A stretch of 64,000 bases of DNA from Nemertoderma westbladi (taxonomy: Eukaryota; Animalia; Xenacoelomorpha): contig JAUCBJ010008095.1 in assembly GCA_032718475.1 (NCBI GenBank), forward strand, positions 1 through 64,000, read 5' to 3'. A model generated the notes under the pieces. The model was not told the DNA's origin, searched no databases, and was given only the letters and a program-made list of their open reading frames with translations. The translations under genes and the position numbers were made by a program. This document shows positions 60,833 through 64,000 of the stretch, piece by piece; within the stretch, counting starts at the first letter, position 1, and each line of letters opens with the position of its first letter.

Positions 60833-61494
60833 CACCTTGAGTAAATCAGAGCGTTTAAACTAAGATTTTCCCGCGCTTGTGTATAAACCCCTCAATGTCA
60901 GCCGGAACTCGATGAATTTAAAAACGGTTTTTTTTCAAATTCGTGATCAGCACACCTTTTTACATTTTATGATCGTGTTTATATAAATTTTTTTTTGAGT
61001 CACCAACCCTACTGTTTGGGTCCGCTATAGAGCCTTTGCCTTTGTACAGGATTTTTATAAAGTTCTGTTTCCAAATGGCCGGAAGTCTACCTGCATCGAG
61101 ACAAAGGTTAAATAGTGCAGTTAAAATGGTGATAATTAGAGGCAGTGCCTGTTTGGCGTGTTCATAATGTAAACGATCTGGGCCACATGCTTTCTTATTG
61201 GCGGTAGAGCGTTTTTAACTGTATTTTTATACTAGCTAGTGTTTAAATTTTTTGTTGTCTTAAATGTTCTAGAACATGTAAGTTATTGATTAAAATATAC
61301 TGTTAGCTGGTGTTTATAAAAAATGTACTAGATATATTTAACACTTTCTAACATATTAATTTTCTAAAACATCCCGCTGCAAAAAAATTATTATTTATGG
61401 TAGCTAGTGGGGAGGAGTACGGAACTTTTTTAGCTTCTATTTTTTGAAATTGTAGACAGCAGATTAGCTAATATTCTAAAAAAATATTTTTAGT

Positions 61495-62580
61495 GGGCGG
61501 AACTATAAGTACAAAATGTAGCCACGGGCGGAAATATAAAAATTTAATGTAGCCACGGGCGGAACTATATGAACAAAATGTAGCCACGGGCGGAACTATA
61601 ACAACAAAATGTAGCCACGGGCGGAACTATAACAACAAAATGTAGCCATGGGCGGAACTATAAGAACAAAATATAGCCACGGGCGGAACTATAAGAATAA
61701 AATGTAGCTACGGGCGGAACCATAAGAACAAAATGTAGCCGTGGGCGGAACTATAACAACAAAATGTAGCCATGGGCGGAACTATAAGAACAAAATATAG
61801 CCACGGGCGGAACTATAAGAATAAAATGTAGCTACGGGCGGAACCATAAGAACAAAATGTAGCCGTGGGCGGAACTATAAGAACAAAATGTAGCCACGGG
61901 CGGAACTATAAGGACAAAATGTAGCCATGGGCGGAACTATAAGAACAAAGTGGCCATGGGCGGAACTGTAAGAACTTAATGTAGCCACGGGCGGAACTAT
62001 AAGAACATAATGTAGCCATGGGCGGAACTATAAGGACAAAATGTAGCCATGGGCGGAACTATATGAACAAAGTGGCCATGGGCGGAACTGTAAGAACTTA
62101 ATGTAGCCACGGGCGGAACTATAAGGACAAAATGTAGCCATGGGCGGAACTATAAGAACAAAGTGGCCATGGGCGGAACTGTAAGAACTTAATGTAGCCA
62201 CGGGCGGAACTATAAGGACAAAATGTAGCCATGGGCGGAACTATAAGAACAAAGTGGCCATGGGCGGAACTGTAAGAACATAATGTAGCCACGGGCGGAA
62301 CTATAAGAACATAATGTAGCCATGGGCGGAACTATAAGGACAAAATGTAGCCGTGGGCGGAACTATAAGAACTTAATGTAGCCACGGGCGGAACTATAAG
62401 AACTTAATGTAGCCACGGGCGGAACTATAAGAACAAAGTGGCCATGGGTGGAACTGTAAGAACATAATGTAGCCACGGTCGGAACTATAAGAACAAAATA
62501 TAGCCACGGTAGGAACTATTATGATCAAAATGTAGCCACGGGCGGAACTATAAGTACAAAATGTAGCCACGGGCGGAACT
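61495..62580. repeat. 29/31-bp minisatellite
   Basis: About 35 units of ATGTAGCCAYGGGCGGAACTATAAGAACAAA, with a 29-bp GTGGCC variant. Confidence 0.95.
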
Positions 62581-62586
62581 CCAGCC

Positions 62587-63400
62587 AATTTTTCTACAAA
62601 TCTTAATGGGATTGCATGAAATTTGAAACAGAGTTAGTTTCATCTCCCTCCTCCTTGCTGGGTGAGCCAGAATTTTTATTTCTGCATTCGTTCTTTAGCT
62701 ACAAGCGTCTAAAAAAAGTGTCTTCGTCGATATTGCACCAGTTACACCGCAGTTATTCTTCAAACTTTTTTAGTGATTTGTTGGTACTAGTGGAAAGCTG
62801 GCCGTGCAGGGATTCCAAATATGTAACACAATTTGAATTTCGTTGAAAAATAGCGGAGATATGGGCGTTCAAATTTTGCATGGTTATGCACCTACGCGAG
62901 GCTATTTATTCTGTTTAATAAATACATCATAATCTGGAATATTTTGTTTATCCAAAACGTAGCTGGGCAACTAACAGTAGCAACTAACAGGACTAACAGT
63001 GCATTACATCTTTAATCATACTATTAAGTAGCTATTCCTACATTTAAAAAATGTTCCAGAACATCGTTTATTTATTAAATAGAATAAAATAGCCTCGCGT
63101 CGTTGCAAAACCATGCAACATTTGAACGCCCATATCTCAGCTATTTTTCAACGAAATTCAAATTGTGTCACATATTTGGAATCCTTGCATGACCAGCTTT
63201 TCATTGGTACCAACAAACAGCTATAAGGTAGAAGAATAACTGCGGTGTAACTGGTGTAATATCGCTGGAGACACTTTTTTAAACGCTTGTAGCTAAAGAT
63301 TCTAAAAATAAAAATTCTGGCTCACCCAGTCAGTGGTCGGGAGGTGAAACTATCTCTGTTTCAAATTTCATGCAATCTCATTAAGATTTGTAGAAAAATT
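62587..63400. repeat. ~810-bp imperfect palindrome (foldback/MITE-like)
   Basis: AATTTTTCTACAAATCTTAATG... mirrored by ...CATTAAGATTTGTAGAAAAATT; arms ~360 bp. Confidence 0.85.
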
Positions 63401-63538
63401 AGGGGGAGGGGGGGGGGGGGGGGGTGTCACTGAATTACGACACTATATTATGGGACATGGTGTATATAGATTACAATTGTTCCAGTCATTGATTATTATA
63501 ATATAAACCAGAAACCTACACTAAATTATATATATACA

Positions 63539-64000
63539 ATGATTTACGAGTTGCTAGTAAGCATAATATTAATTTCTGGTCTACGGAAACCAAATGGGGA
63601 AAAAATCCAAAATGGTTGCGAGGAAAAGTTATCAGGAATGGATTGGTATTTTAGTTTGGATGGAACTGATGGAACATCACCTATAATATTCAAGTGTCCA
63701 AACGTTACAGATAAAATCACACACAAAGGTCAACCATCTGGACTCACTGGGCAATATCACACCTCAGCAAAGTTCAAAACATACCCTTACGACATAACGA
63801 CATGTGTAATGCATGTGGGTGCAGATAAATCCTTTCTTGACCACTTTATTATCGATGAGGGACTTTCCGAATGTGGTGATGAATCCAATCGGTGGAGTGT
63901 TCGAGATGAGATCGACAGCTACATCAACAACATAAACAACATCATGTTATCAACCAACTACTCTAATTTTAAATACGAAACATCTGCCTTCGGCTTCGCT
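63539..64000 (+). CDS. 5' part of an ORF for a putative secreted/membrane glycoprotein (runs off the window)
   Basis: 154 stop-free codons from ATG 63539: MIYELLVSIILISGLRKPNGEKIQNGCEEKLSGMDWYFSLDG...; hydrophobic N-terminus, 4 Cys, NVT and NYS sequons. Missing from the ORF track because no stop falls inside the window. Confidence 0.5.
   Translation, partial: MIYELLVSIILISGLRKPNGEKIQNGCEEKLSGMDWYFSLDGTDGTSPIIFKCPNVTDKITHKGQPSGLTGQYHTSAKFKTYPYDITTCVMHVGADKSFLDHFIIDEGLSECGDESNRWSVRDEIDSYINNINNIMLSTNYSNFKYETSAFGFA

Overview
Eukaryotic (invertebrate-like; species not determinable) transposon nest with almost no host sequence. It holds four BEL/Pao LTR-retrotransposon copies: BEL-A, a gag fragment at 1752-3842(-); BEL-B at 3843-21782(-); BEL-C, a divergent 5'-truncated family at ~25096-36328(-); and BEL-D, near-intact at 36329-57594(+). 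Also present: an intact Mag-like Ty3/Gypsy inside BEL-D, two RTE-clade LINEs, several foldback/MITE/Helentron-like elements, two minisatellites, a deleted THAP/P-like transposon, and a signal-peptide ORF running off the right edge. Main highlights: (1) BEL-B and BEL-D lack a tRNA primer-binding site. The 11-12 nt after each 5' LTR are instead complementary to a site ~740-750 nt upstream in their own LTR, with different sequences in the two elements, which suggests Tf1-like self-priming in BEL/Pao. (2) All three long BELs carry an accessory ORF downstream of pol. In BEL-C it encodes a DEDDy-type 3'-5' exonuclease-like domain plus triple CCHC knuckles, and the knuckle module is shared with BEL-D. 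(3) A 20-bp near-palindrome occurs five times across BEL-C. (4) RTE integration structures are unusual (a 100-bp TSD; a split element overlapping by 62 bp). All calls are by-eye; no searches were run.
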